Source of the DNA: a virus
Lineage: Duplodnaviria; Caudoviricetes
Strand: one strand, 5' to 3'
Length of the DNA: 64,000 nt
IMG/VR virus record: IMGVR_UViG_3300029288_000007
Location: 1-64,000 of that record
Both the position numbers and the translations under genes were made by a program. The notes below the pieces were generated by a model that saw nothing but the letters and a program-made list of their open reading frames with translations, was not told the origin of the DNA and did not search any database. Positions 45,593 through 55,396 of the stretch are shown here, in pieces; within the stretch, counting starts at the first letter, position 1; every line of letters starts with the position of its first letter.

Positions 45593-46792
45593 TTATCTGG
45601 CTGCGCGCTCAAGCCTGTCGCTTTCTTTGGCGCATTCCTTCCATGCGTTGCACTTCTCGCATTCCGGTTTTTCATCAATGTCCTTGCCAAACTCATGGCC
45701 AGAAGGGCATTCGTTCCCGGTTGACGCCGGAGGAGGCGGAGGAGGCGGAGGAGTGTCTGTTGCCAACGGCGTTTTTGCTTTTTCCTGATTATCTTTGTTT
45801 TTCTTTGATTTTATTTCTGCCAAACGTCTTTGAAGAATTGCTTCTTCGTCTTCTGGTTCAGCAGCAGGAGGAGCAGTTGTTGCTGCTGGCGGTTCTTCCG
45901 TTTTTGCTTTTCCCAAAGAAGCAGGGATGTCTTCCTTCTTTTCATACTTCGGAGAACGTTTCTCTGACGGCGGCGCTGATGCAGCCTGCTGGACAGCCGC
46001 GCCGTTCATCGGGACTCCCCAGAAAGATTCATATAAACTTGGCATTGTTGGCCAGGCAATCAATTCGTCCAGGGGTTGAGCGGCATCCGCAACTTCGTTT
46101 GTAATCGGAGAACGGCGGTCTTCGAATTTAACGCCAATAAACTTCGTTTTTTCATCAGTTCCCTGTCGCTCAAAGGAAATTGATTTGCCATCTTCAATAT
46201 CCATATAAGCGATGTAATTTTCCAAAGAACTCATTTCGCCGGGCAAAGTAGATTTCTTTGAAATAACATCGAGAAACTGTTGCAGCAAATATGAAGAAGT
46301 TTCCCAAACTTGGCAACCTGCGCCCGGGTCTCGGCGGTCAAAAACGTTATAAATCGTGCGCGGCCAATTTGCGTAACGAAGGTTGTCCGTTTCTTCCTTT
46401 GTTGCTCCCTTGGCAACCTTTGCCCGATATTCCTTGCAAACTGGGCAATAACAACCTTTTCCGAAAATTTCTTCTCTCCGTTTAACATCCTTGAAAGTTT
46501 GCTCAATGCAAATTATATCTCCGCCGTCCTGGGCCGCGCCTTTATGTAAGAATATTCTCAAAACATACGCCATTGATTCTGCGGCGATGGGGTCAAATTT
46601 TCCCGACAAATAGGCGAGAATATCAATCAAATTCGGGCCTTCCTTACACTTAAAAAACTTTGCCTGAATATCAGAACGGAACAAACTCCCTCTCCTTTGA
46701 TAATGAGTTTGTTCTGTCTCCATCCTTTTTTTCATTTCCTCTTTCATGCTACGTCTGCTATCTCTCATCTTTCTTTGCCTCCTTACGGTCAA
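45593..46792 (-). CDS. Single-stranded DNA-binding protein (gp32-like) with Pro/Ala linker and C-terminal Cys motif
   Basis: CPVC zinc site, YNV.D, D..DG.SI.F.R.G core; position beside the recombinase. Confidence 0.65.
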   Translation of the reverse strand: MTVRRQRKMRDSRRSMKEEMKKRMETEQTHYQRRGSLFRSDIQAKFFKCKEGPNLIDILAYLSGKFDPIAAESMAYVLRIFLHKGAAQDGGDIICIEQTFKDVKRREEIFGKGCYCPVCKEYRAKVAKGATKEETDNLRYANWPRTIYNVFDRRDPGAGCQVWETSSYLLQQFLDVISKKSTLPGEMSSLENYIAYMDIEDGKSISFERQGTDEKTKFIGVKFEDRRSPITNEVADAAQPLDELIAWPTMPSLYESFWGVPMNGAAVQQAASAPPSEKRSPKYEKKEDIPASLGKAKTEEPPAATTAPPAAEPEDEEAILQRRLAEIKSKKNKDNQEKAKTPLATDTPPPPPPPPASTGNECPSGHEFGKDIDEKPECEKCNAWKECAKESDRLERAAR

Positions 46793-46928
46793 ATTTTATT
46801 TTTTTGACAAACCATAACTTTGCTTGAAAATAACTCCTGGCAGCGCCATAAGTTAAAAGCCTCCAAACAACGTATATAAACAAAATAATAAACGGCAAAA
46901 ACACCAACTTGGTTTCAATCTCCATTGG

Positions 46929-47435
46929 TCATCCCCTCTTTATTTTTGACCTTAAAATAAGGTCTGCTTTTTCAGATTCTTCATTGATATTATGAACAGA
47001 CTCCCGATATTGTTCTTTATACCCATCTGGCATATCTTTGCCAATTTTTTTATCCTTTGACAATTCTTCAAGAGACTTGCCTTTTTCAACCAAAGACCAT
47101 TTTATTCCGCTTAATATGTTCACACGTTCTTCGGCAATAATCAACCTTGCTGAAACATCTCTATATCTTGGGTCAGCGTGAACTTCCACGTCGCATCTTG
47201 TATCTGAGGGAGCTTTCCCGTTTTCTGTTAATTTCACCCGGGCCTCTTTAAATAAAACGGCCTTTAAAACCTTCTTCTCAAGCCAAATCTCATCTTTTTT
47301 TCTTAATTCCCGAGCGAATTGTTCACACCAATAATTGTAATTCGCAGGCCTTTTTGCCCATTCAGCATCAAGATTATTTCTGTTGATATTTACATCTTCT
47401 TGACAATTAAAAACGTTTTCCATTCCGTCCGACAT
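46929..47435 (-). CDS. UvsY-like recombination mediator
   Basis: Helical, I....LD.EW, D..Y pattern; next to SSB/RecA; preceded by promoter motif 1. Confidence 0.55.
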   Translation of the reverse strand: MSDGMENVFNCQEDVNINRNNLDAEWAKRPANYNYWCEQFARELRKKDEIWLEKKVLKAVLFKEARVKLTENGKAPSDTRCDVEVHADPRYRDVSARLIIAEERVNILSGIKWSLVEKGKSLEELSKDKKIGKDMPDGYKEQYRESVHNINEESEKADLILRSKIKRG

Positions 47436-47489
47436 TTAAAATTCCTTCCTTAAATTTATTATACTCCCTTTTCCTAATTTCCATCGAAA

Positions 47490-48401
47490 TTAAGTGACGC
47501 TGTAAAAACAATCTTTTGTCAGCCCGGCCTTGCCAATATACATGTATGAATCCTGAAAGTTTTTAATTAAACCTGCGGCAAGTTCCATATTTTTTGGGTT
47601 CGCCGACAACAATACAGAATTCATATATCCCAATATTGCCATTCTTACCCTTTCAGGGTCATCTTTCAAGGCTTTTAATATAACAGCAACTTCCGACCAT
47701 TTCCGCTGGTCTAAAAGAGCGCGGCATAAATCTATTACTTCTTTGTGAACAGCAGACCGAATCAAAGAGATTGCGTCTTCATCATTTTCAACACCGCGAA
47801 CAGTATCAAGAGTCACCAATATTTCTCTTGGAATTCCCTCGCAACTTTCAACAATTGTTTGCCTCACCGTTGGGGAAACCTTGAACCCTTCTTCGTGACA
47901 GACCCATTTGATAAGAAATTTCTGTTCGTCTTCAGTTAATGGCTGAACCTCATAACATTTACAACGGCTCTTCATTGTTGCAGAAACCTTTTGCAACTCA
48001 GTAGTGCAAAGGACAAAATAACAATGTTGAGGCGGATTTTCCAAAGTCTTTAAAAGGGAGTCCGATGCCGCGCCGCTCAACCGATGACATTCGTCAATAA
48101 TATAAATTTTAAATTTGCCTCCCAAAGGAGAATACTGAGCGGCCTCCTTAATCGCCCGGGCATTATCAATGCCTGTATTATCTGCCGCGTCAATCTCACA
48201 AAAATCAATTGGAGCAACATTAATGTGATTGCCTATCAATCGAGCAATCGTTGTTTTGCCGCATCCTCTCGGGCCGTAAAACAAAAACGTTCTTGACCTT
48301 GGAATTGCCGCCAACAAAGATTCCTTTAAAACCCGATATCCTATCAATTCGTCAAACGTTTTCGGTCTGTACTTTAAATGAAGCTCAACTCTTTCCGCCA
48401 T
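47490..48401 (-). CDS. dnaX: Clamp loader, DNA polymerase III gamma/tau-like
   Basis: KYRPKTFDE, GPRGCGKTT, IIDECH.L, LLK.LE.PP, SRC. Confidence 0.93.
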   Translation of the reverse strand: MAERVELHLKYRPKTFDELIGYRVLKESLLAAIPRSRTFLFYGPRGCGKTTIARLIGNHINVAPIDFCEIDAADNTGIDNARAIKEAAQYSPLGGKFKIYIIDECHRLSGAASDSLLKTLENPPQHCYFVLCTTELQKVSATMKSRCKCYEVQPLTEDEQKFLIKWVCHEEGFKVSPTVRQTIVESCEGIPREILVTLDTVRGVENDEDAISLIRSAVHKEVIDLCRALLDQRKWSEVAVILKALKDDPERVRMAILGYMNSVLLSANPKNMELAAGLIKNFQDSYMYIGKAGLTKDCFYSVT

Positions 48402-51400
48402 TATTTGAATCCTCCCATTGATTTTATTTTATCTGCAAAACTTCTTATCCCTTCTTCAAAAAGCATTTTATTTTCTGGACGATGCAATACAGCAGAAGGA
48501 TGCAATCCCCAACAAACCCAAATGCCTTTGTTTTCAATCCACTCCATTGAACCAGACAATTTTGTAATTCCTCCATCAATCCCCTTAAAATATTTTAAGG
48601 GAGTATTGCCCAAGGCCAAACACAACCTCGCATTTGCATTCTTAATCTCTGCATCAAGCCATTTTGAACAAGCTGAAATATGCTCTGCTTTCGGAGTCCT
48701 AATATTCCCGGGATAACATTTGCAAGTATTTGTGACATGGAATTGTCGCCGGGTCAAACCGTATTTAAACAATTCCTTCCATAACAAATCGCCTGCTTTG
48801 CCAACAAAACCTTTTCCTTCTTCATTTTCGTCCCTCCCCGGAGCTTCTCCAATTATAAAAACATTATAAATTCCGCAAGAGGGCAAAACCGGCTGTTTTG
48901 CTTCTGTTCTTAATTGACAATCCTTGCAATATAAATTTTCAGGATTTCTCCACCGCTTTTGAATAAAATAACATTCTTTTTCTTTTTGTTCTTTATTTGT
49001 TATTGTAGAAACATCAAAAGAAAAATATTTTGAAATATCATCTTTTGGAGGAGACCCATCTGCGCCAATTGCTTCCATCAACTTTCCTATTTTCCCTGTT
49101 GGTTTTGCTTTGCCTAAATCAAAAAAAGCATCAGCGGCAGGTTGCTTATATTTCGAACAGTCTTCCGCCGTTTTTTCGCCAATCCCCTTTACTTCAATAA
49201 AAGGAACATAAATATTCCCGTCTTTAACAGTCCATACTTTCGCGTCTGACACGCCAATCCGGGGCAAAACAACATTCAATCCAACTCTTTGGGCCTCTTT
49301 AACAATTTCTTCTTTTTTTTCTGCTGCAACAAACGTCAAATTGGCACATAAAAATTCAGCCGGGAAATATAATTTCAGCCAAGCGCACCAATATGAAATC
49401 ATTGCGTATTCAACAGAATGAGATTTATTAAAAGAATACCTAGCATGATTCTGAAGCGCCTCCCAAAACTCATCTGCTTCTTCCTTGGAAAACGTTTTGC
49501 TCTTTAAACAACCTTCAACAAAGGCATCCTTGTATGGTTTAAATTCCTTCGCGTCCCTTTTCTTCCCTATGATTTTTCTAATTTTATCGGCGGTGGAATA
49601 AGGCAAACCGGCGACAAGATTTATAACCTGCATTACCTGTTCCTGATAAACTATAATCCCAAAGGTGTCTTTTGTTATTTCTTCATAAATGGGGTGCTTC
49701 TTTTTCCATTTAGTCCCATGCTTGCGCTTTATAAAATCGGCCGTCATTCCGCTGTCATAAGGGCCAGGCCTTACCAAAGCGACAACGTCCCCCATAGATT
49801 CAAAACTTTCAATTCCAATTTGTTTGACCAATTTTGTTGTTGCCCAAGTATTAAATTGGAAAACGCCAACCGTTTCTCCTCTTGATAACATTTCAAAAAC
49901 TTGTTTATTATTCAAATCAATAGACTCAAAACAAATTTCCTTATTGTGATTCTTTTTAATTAATCGTTTGGCCTCATTCAATATCGACAAAGTGCTCAAT
50001 CCAAGGATATCCAATTTCATCAAACCCATATATTCAGCATCGTCCTTACTCCAATTAACAACTTCTTGGTCCGATCGCACAGCAAGATTTCCCCTTGTCC
50101 CTTGAGTCAAATCCTCTGCGGAAACAATAAGCGCGGCGGCATGTTGACTACAACCGCGAATTTGACCTTCCAGTCTTATTGCATAATCAACAACAGAAGG
50201 GTATTTTTTCGAAAAGGCCGCGCCTTCCTTTGTTTCCTTGGCAGCCTGCTCAACAGAATTGTTTTCATTATCTTCATCAAATATGGCTTTTGCAAATTCA
50301 TCCACATCTTTATAAGGAACATCGAAAACTCTTGAAACGTCCCGTATCACCGCCCGGCCCTTCATTTTCATAAAAGTAGAAACTGAAGCAATATTGTTCT
50401 TGCCGTATAATTCTTCCAAGTGTTGCCTTATCAACGGACGCTTAACATCTTCAAAGTCAATATCCACATCAGGATAATCAATGCGGTTTTCATCAATAAA
50501 ACGCGAAAAAAGGAGATTATATTTAATTGGGTCAACATTTGTTATCCCTATAAGATAAGCTATCAAGCTGCCGCCAACAGAACCTCGGCCCGGGCCGGTC
50601 ATAATATCGTTCTTTTTGCACCACTGGATAAGCTCATGAACCAATAAAAAATAACGAACAAATTTCTTATTGCAAATCAATTCAAACTCTTCCTTGCAAC
50701 GGTCATAATATTGACCTGACAACGGCCCGCAAAATATTTTTTTGTAGCCATCTTCAAAAAGAAATTCCAAATGAGCTTCTTCTGCAACAGAAGAATCCAG
50801 TCCTGATATTTTAGGAAGCCAAACATCCTTTCTTTTAATTTCAAAAGAAGAACACTTTTCCGCAACTTCCATTGTATTCCTCAATGCCATTAACCGGGCC
50901 GCTTTTGTTAATTGCCCCTGCTCCAAAAAGGCTTGAGCCATTTCTTCCTCTGAACGCAGATGCAAACCGCCAATTTCAAATTTGAATCGGTCTTTCTCGT
51001 TCCATTTTGCCTTGGTTTGTATTGCTAAAAGAACCTCATGTAAATTAGCATCTTCTGATTTAATATAATGACAATCGTTTGTGGCAACTAAAGGAAAATC
51101 AAATTCGTCTTTCCAATCAAGACAAATTTTATTAATAATTTTTTGTTGCTCATAATCATGAGGCATTATTTCCAAATAAAAGTCATCTGGATTTTTCTGA
51201 TTCAATTGGATTAAAAAATCCCGGCCATTTTGCAAGGCCAAAGGACTTTTCGAACACCCAGTCAAAAAAACTAATCCTTCAGAAAATTCAAGGATGGTTT
51301 TGAAATCGGTTCTCGGCCTGTAATAAAAACCTTGTAAATTTGCCCTTGTCAATATTCTACAAAGATTTTGAAAACCAATATCATTTTTTATCAAGGCCGT

Positions 51401-51655
51401 CATATGGAAACGACGCTCAATCTTATCTTTGATTAAGCAATCCGGGACAACATAAAGCTCGCAACCAAAAACTGGTTTAATGCCCGCTTTCTTCGCCGCA
51501 GATTGAAAATCTAAAAAGCCATCTATATTTCCATGATTCGTAAGCGCCAAATGAGATTGTCCCAACTCTTTTGCGCGCTTTAAATAATCTTCTGCCTTAC
51601 CAAAACCATCAAGAATAGAAAACTCATTATGAACGTGAAGATGACAAATCATCAA
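48401..51655 (-). CDS. dnaE: DNA polymerase III alpha subunit with C-terminal family-4 uracil-DNA glycosylase domain
   Basis: PHP HLHVH..FSILDG, GRGS.GGSL, PDVDIDF, KLDILGL, YSFNKSH; UDG GEAPG..E, KC.P, HPS. Confidence 0.95.
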   Translation of the reverse strand: MMICHLHVHNEFSILDGFGKAEDYLKRAKELGQSHLALTNHGNIDGFLDFQSAAKKAGIKPVFGCELYVVPDCLIKDKIERRFHMTALIKNDIGFQNLCRILTRANLQGFYYRPRTDFKTILEFSEGLVFLTGCSKSPLALQNGRDFLIQLNQKNPDDFYLEIMPHDYEQQKIINKICLDWKDEFDFPLVATNDCHYIKSEDANLHEVLLAIQTKAKWNEKDRFKFEIGGLHLRSEEEMAQAFLEQGQLTKAARLMALRNTMEVAEKCSSFEIKRKDVWLPKISGLDSSVAEEAHLEFLFEDGYKKIFCGPLSGQYYDRCKEEFELICNKKFVRYFLLVHELIQWCKKNDIMTGPGRGSVGGSLIAYLIGITNVDPIKYNLLFSRFIDENRIDYPDVDIDFEDVKRPLIRQHLEELYGKNNIASVSTFMKMKGRAVIRDVSRVFDVPYKDVDEFAKAIFDEDNENNSVEQAAKETKEGAAFSKKYPSVVDYAIRLEGQIRGCSQHAAALIVSAEDLTQGTRGNLAVRSDQEVVNWSKDDAEYMGLMKLDILGLSTLSILNEAKRLIKKNHNKEICFESIDLNNKQVFEMLSRGETVGVFQFNTWATTKLVKQIGIESFESMGDVVALVRPGPYDSGMTADFIKRKHGTKWKKKHPIYEEITKDTFGIIVYQEQVMQVINLVAGLPYSTADKIRKIIGKKRDAKEFKPYKDAFVEGCLKSKTFSKEEADEFWEALQNHARYSFNKSHSVEYAMISYWCAWLKLYFPAEFLCANLTFVAAEKKEEIVKEAQRVGLNVVLPRIGVSDAKVWTVKDGNIYVPFIEVKGIGEKTAEDCSKYKQPAADAFFDLGKAKPTGKIGKLMEAIGADGSPPKDDISKYFSFDVSTITNKEQKEKECYFIQKRWRNPENLYCKDCQLRTEAKQPVLPSCGIYNVFIIGEAPGRDENEEGKGFVGKAGDLLWKELFKYGLTRRQFHVTNTCKCYPGNIRTPKAEHISACSKWLDAEIKNANARLCLALGNTPLKYFKGIDGGITKLSGSMEWIENKGIWVCWGLHPSAVLHRPENKMLFEEGIRSFADKIKSMGGFK

Positions 51656-51665
51656 GAATCTCCTT

Positions 51666-52709
51666 TTAAACGACCAGGGCTAAAATGCTTTCAAAATCGC
51701 CTTCTTTTATTAACAGATAACGATTTTCCTTCAAATAAAAATCCCGGCCCAGCGACAACATTCTGTTTAAGAGCTTCGGATTGATTTTTAAAGTAACGTT
51801 TTTTGGGAAAGACCATTTGTCGTCCTTCAAAATTTTCTCTTTTATTTCTCCGTATTGTTTGGCGCCGGTGACCAATAAATTATCTTTGGCATCCAAAGTT
51901 AAATCAATATATTCGGATCCCTCATTTGAGAATGTCAAAATTGAAGCCATCTCGATAGACTGAGATAACTTCTCCGGGAAAGAATATTTCTCTCCAAGAA
52001 CAGATGGGTCAACCGAACAAAACTCCCTGATTGCCTGGCGAGGGAAATCAATCTTGACTTGCCGCATGCTAAATTGCAACCCTGTCTTTGACTTGAAATG
52101 AATCCAGGCTTCTCCAACCGAAAATTCATCAACGTCTTCAAACTTTATCAACTCTGTAACCGCGCCGATGGGTAATACTATTTCCTTTTTGAGAGAACGG
52201 ACTTCCATTGAGTAAAACCCGGCCCTGAATCTGTCGCTGGCTGCTAATCCATCCCGGGCAACCGAAACGCCGCAAAGAGAAGAATATGCCTTATCTGTTG
52301 TGGCAAAGCTGGAAGTAAGGCGCAAAGCACTGATAAAATTCGCCGGGAGTTTGACCCATTTAATCCCGTCCAAAGCAAGATTATCAACCAAAGCAAGAAT
52401 GGAAGAACTGTCTGACGAAACCATTTTCAAGGTGGTTTTGCCTCCTGACAATTGTAACTTGCCGTCATCCAGCATAATCATCTTGATTTCATCACTTTCA
52501 ATCCGGGAAACAACTTTGAAAAATTCCTGCGCCTTAACCAAACATTTGATTCCTGAATCAAAAGGATAACTGGCCGAAATTTCATTGTTAAACGTTTTGA
52601 CCCATTTATCATCAAACATAAAAGAATCAGCTCCTTCAAGAAGGGCATTCTTTTCTTCCACGCCAGGCATAACTTTTCTCAAAGCTTCCAACAATTCAGT
52701 TCTCTTCAT
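51666..52709 (-). CDS. dnaN: Sliding clamp (Pol III beta-like)
   Basis: 347 aa; L.GV...ASDRFR, FP, INP.LL pattern; adjacent to dnaE. Confidence 0.8.
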   Translation of the reverse strand: MKRTELLEALRKVMPGVEEKNALLEGADSFMFDDKWVKTFNNEISASYPFDSGIKCLVKAQEFFKVVSRIESDEIKMIMLDDGKLQLSGGKTTLKMVSSDSSSILALVDNLALDGIKWVKLPANFISALRLTSSFATTDKAYSSLCGVSVARDGLAASDRFRAGFYSMEVRSLKKEIVLPIGAVTELIKFEDVDEFSVGEAWIHFKSKTGLQFSMRQVKIDFPRQAIREFCSVDPSVLGEKYSFPEKLSQSIEMASILTFSNEGSEYIDLTLDAKDNLLVTGAKQYGEIKEKILKDDKWSFPKNVTLKINPKLLNRMLSLGRDFYLKENRYLLIKEGDFESILALVV

Positions 52710-52737
52710 AATATTTCTCCTTCAGTAAAATTTTAAA

Positions 52738-54198
52738 TTATTTTATAACTTCCCCAACAAATTTCTTAGAAAAATTCTTATCCCAATCCCGGTATTCATA
52801 AACAACATCTTGATTTTGGTCAACCCCAACCGGGTGCATCACGCCGGCAAAATAAATATAAGGACTCCGAGGATGATATGGGTCATTCCACTTGTTGCGC
52901 ATAGCATCGCCAAAGGTAAAATACTTGCGGACTCTTTTGGAATGCCAACCGCCACAATTGTACATTTCGACCGCCTTAACCTTATGGGCCCATTCTGGAG
53001 CCCAATCCAAATAATTTACTTGGCGACGAATGCCTCTGTCAAAATCCCTTTTCATTTCATAAACAACATTTGTCAATTGACGGCGACTCCAATGCCCAAA
53101 AATTGGGTCATCTGGCAAAATGCCGCAGCAACAACCGGTATCGTTGAATTCTTTGAAATGAGGGTCGCTACAAGCAAAAACCATTCCCAGTTTATGAGCA
53201 TAATCTCTGACTTTCGCGGTCATGTCAAATTTGTAATCTCGACTCCCTCGACGACATGCCTCAACAGACTTGCTCATCGCATTCCATTTGTCCCCAAACT
53301 TGACGTCCCCCATTGCCTTAAACATATGGTGATACATTATCTTCTGTCGCGTTGTTGGCGCTGATTCCAAAAAGATAAATTCAAAGCTTACTGCTTTTGC
53401 CCCGGCGTCAGCCGCCTTGTCCAACAACCTTTTCCATCCGTTGTTATAATCGGACAACCCGGGCAAGAAGGGCCGGAAACGCACGCTACAAGGGTGACCA
53501 GCCTTTGAATAAGCTTTCATTGCGGCAAAACGTTCCGTTGCGTTCGGCGCTCCGACATCAACCGATGTCAACAAATCGTCATCTGCAGAAATGATACTAA
53601 AAGCGAACCAAAATTTTTCAGGAGTCAAATGAAACAAATCTCGGTATTGTTTAAGCATCATCGTCCTTGCTCCTTTTGTTCCTACTCGAACAGGAACATT
53701 ATATTTCTGGAACAAAGGAATTGCCTTTAACAACCACCCACGATGACTTTCAATTTCGTCCAAAGGATCTCCAAGAGCGCCAAGTTGAACTGGACAACCT
53801 TGATTTAACAAAGGATACATTGTTTTCGCAATGCCTCCAAGTTCGCGATTCAAAAACTTCTCCAAATGGCCAATCTTCCATTCAGAATACAACGTCCCTT
53901 TTTCAAACAACTTCCTGATTTTATCAGGATTACGGTCAGGCGCTCGCATAAGGTTATTGGCAAAACAATAACTGCAACCGTAACTGCAACCTGAATGGCT
54001 GTCAATAGAAATGGGTAATGCGCAATCCATTGCGTCACTTGTAAAACGCACTCCGTTATAGTCGTCCGGCATTGGCATGTTCAAAATTTCTTCCCGGCGC
54101 TCATCAGAGACATAAGGAAGGCATACTCCCTTCTCGCACAATTCGGCCATCCTTGAAGGACAACCTTTACAAACATAATGCAATTCTTTATTATTCAT
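52738..54198 (-). CDS. Radical SAM protein (SPL/Rv2578c-like), paralogue 1
   Basis: CSYGCSYC, G.LGDP, RFRPFLPG, C-terminal CCCG; extra N-terminal Cys cluster. Confidence 0.9.
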   Translation of the reverse strand: MNNKELHYVCKGCPSRMAELCEKGVCLPYVSDERREEILNMPMPDDYNGVRFTSDAMDCALPISIDSHSGCSYGCSYCFANNLMRAPDRNPDKIRKLFEKGTLYSEWKIGHLEKFLNRELGGIAKTMYPLLNQGCPVQLGALGDPLDEIESHRGWLLKAIPLFQKYNVPVRVGTKGARTMMLKQYRDLFHLTPEKFWFAFSIISADDDLLTSVDVGAPNATERFAAMKAYSKAGHPCSVRFRPFLPGLSDYNNGWKRLLDKAADAGAKAVSFEFIFLESAPTTRQKIMYHHMFKAMGDVKFGDKWNAMSKSVEACRRGSRDYKFDMTAKVRDYAHKLGMVFACSDPHFKEFNDTGCCCGILPDDPIFGHWSRRQLTNVVYEMKRDFDRGIRRQVNYLDWAPEWAHKVKAVEMYNCGGWHSKRVRKYFTFGDAMRNKWNDPYHPRSPYIYFAGVMHPVGVDQNQDVVYEYRDWDKNFSKKFVGEVIK

Positions 54199-54452
54199 TT
54201 GTCTGCCTTTCTAATCAATTCCGCCAGCGCGACAGAATTCATATCTGGATGAGATTTAACATGAGGATTTGACTTTGACAACTTTGATAGAACCAAATCA
54301 TAATCCTTTTCATCGTCGAAATAAAAAATCAAAAACTTGCGCAACCCATTATCTGTTTTGCCTTGAATATCAGCAGGAAACGAAAAAAGGCCCGATTGCG
54401 CTTTCACATTTTTTTCGCCGTTGTCTATACCAGAATAATCATCTTTTGCCAT
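54195..54452 (-). CDS. Hypothetical protein in the radical SAM cassette
   Basis: 85 aa, GGAG SD, ATGA overlap. Confidence 0.65.
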   Translation of the reverse strand: MAKDDYSGIDNGEKNVKAQSGLFSFPADIQGKTDNGLRKFLIFYFDDEKDYDLVLSKLSKSNPHVKSHPDMNSVALAELIRKADK

Positions 54453-54468
54453 AACTCCTCCAAATTAT

Positions 54469-55230
54469 TTATTCCCAAGAATAAATTTTATTTATTTTGA
54501 CTGGATTCAATTTTGTTTTGAAACGATATAAATTTTCATCATCCAAACAACCACCGTCGTTGACCAATTTATTCTTATTTAAAATTTCCGGGTCAGTATA
54601 AAAAAGAAGTCTCATATATTCGCTTAAAAATTGCCCGGGTTTACAAAAGCAATATCGGAAATTGACATACATATAGTTCTCATCCCAAATATTCAACCCA
54701 TAAATATTGCCGTACTGGTCCAATAAAACTTTTCCATTCTCGCATTCGTTCAAGTAATTCAAAATAACTTTATCATCATAAATTACAACATCGTCCGGTT
54801 TGCCTTCCAACCACTGGCAAAGGATATCTGGCAACGCGACAATTAAATTGCCATCGGTCTGTTTAAGATTAATATAACTCATTTTTTTATCAGGATTCCG
54901 ATTGACAAATTTGCGGGAATTTTTTCTGAAGGTCTGAAAATCTCCTCCAGATAAATCAGAAAAGCGCTTTGGGTCGTAAATAAAATTATAATCCAAAAAC
55001 TTTCCTTCCTTGCTCCCAAGACCGGCCCATGCTCCCGTGGACAATTTAAACATTTCTCCAGTCGCAAAATCAATCAAAGGCAACATCAAAAAGCCATCTC
55101 CATCTAAAACGCCAACAAGGCCGCCTTCTTCAAGATTTTCCCAACCGGCCTTCTCAAAATATTCCTCAGAACACCAGAAATTTGGCTCAATATTAAGCTT
55201 TTGGAGAGTCTCAAGATATTTATTTCCCAT
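54469..55230 (-). CDS. DUF2156/MprF-C-like GNAT-fold (aminoacyl-tRNA-dependent) transferase
   Basis: DYNFIY....SDLSG..F..FRKN..KF and N.GG......L..FK..L.P. Confidence 0.7.
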   Translation of the reverse strand: MGNKYLETLQKLNIEPNFWCSEEYFEKAGWENLEEGGLVGVLDGDGFLMLPLIDFATGEMFKLSTGAWAGLGSKEGKFLDYNFIYDPKRFSDLSGGDFQTFRKNSRKFVNRNPDKKMSYINLKQTDGNLIVALPDILCQWLEGKPDDVVIYDDKVILNYLNECENGKVLLDQYGNIYGLNIWDENYMYVNFRYCFCKPGQFLSEYMRLLFYTDPEILNKNKLVNDGGCLDDENLYRFKTKLNPVKINKIYSWE

Positions 55231-55351
55231 CTAAATCCAATCCCTTTTGGCCGTCTGATTTTCTTATTGCGTTCCTTTTTGCCTTGCCGCTTTTAATTCT
55301 GTCAATCAACTTCTTTGACACTTGGCCGCCTTTTCTTGATTTGCCGCCCAT
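55220..55351 (-). CDS. Small Lys/Gly-rich peptide (43 aa)
   Basis: Own translation MGGKSRKGGQVSKKLIDRIKSGKAKRNAIRKSDGQKGLDLDGK; GGAGG SD. Confidence 0.55.
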   Translation of the reverse strand: MGGKSRKGGQVSKKLIDRIKSGKAKRNAIRKSDGQKGLDLDGK

Positions 55352-55396
55352 TTTTATTTCCTCCATATTTTGATTGAGCCAGATATTGCCCGGCCC

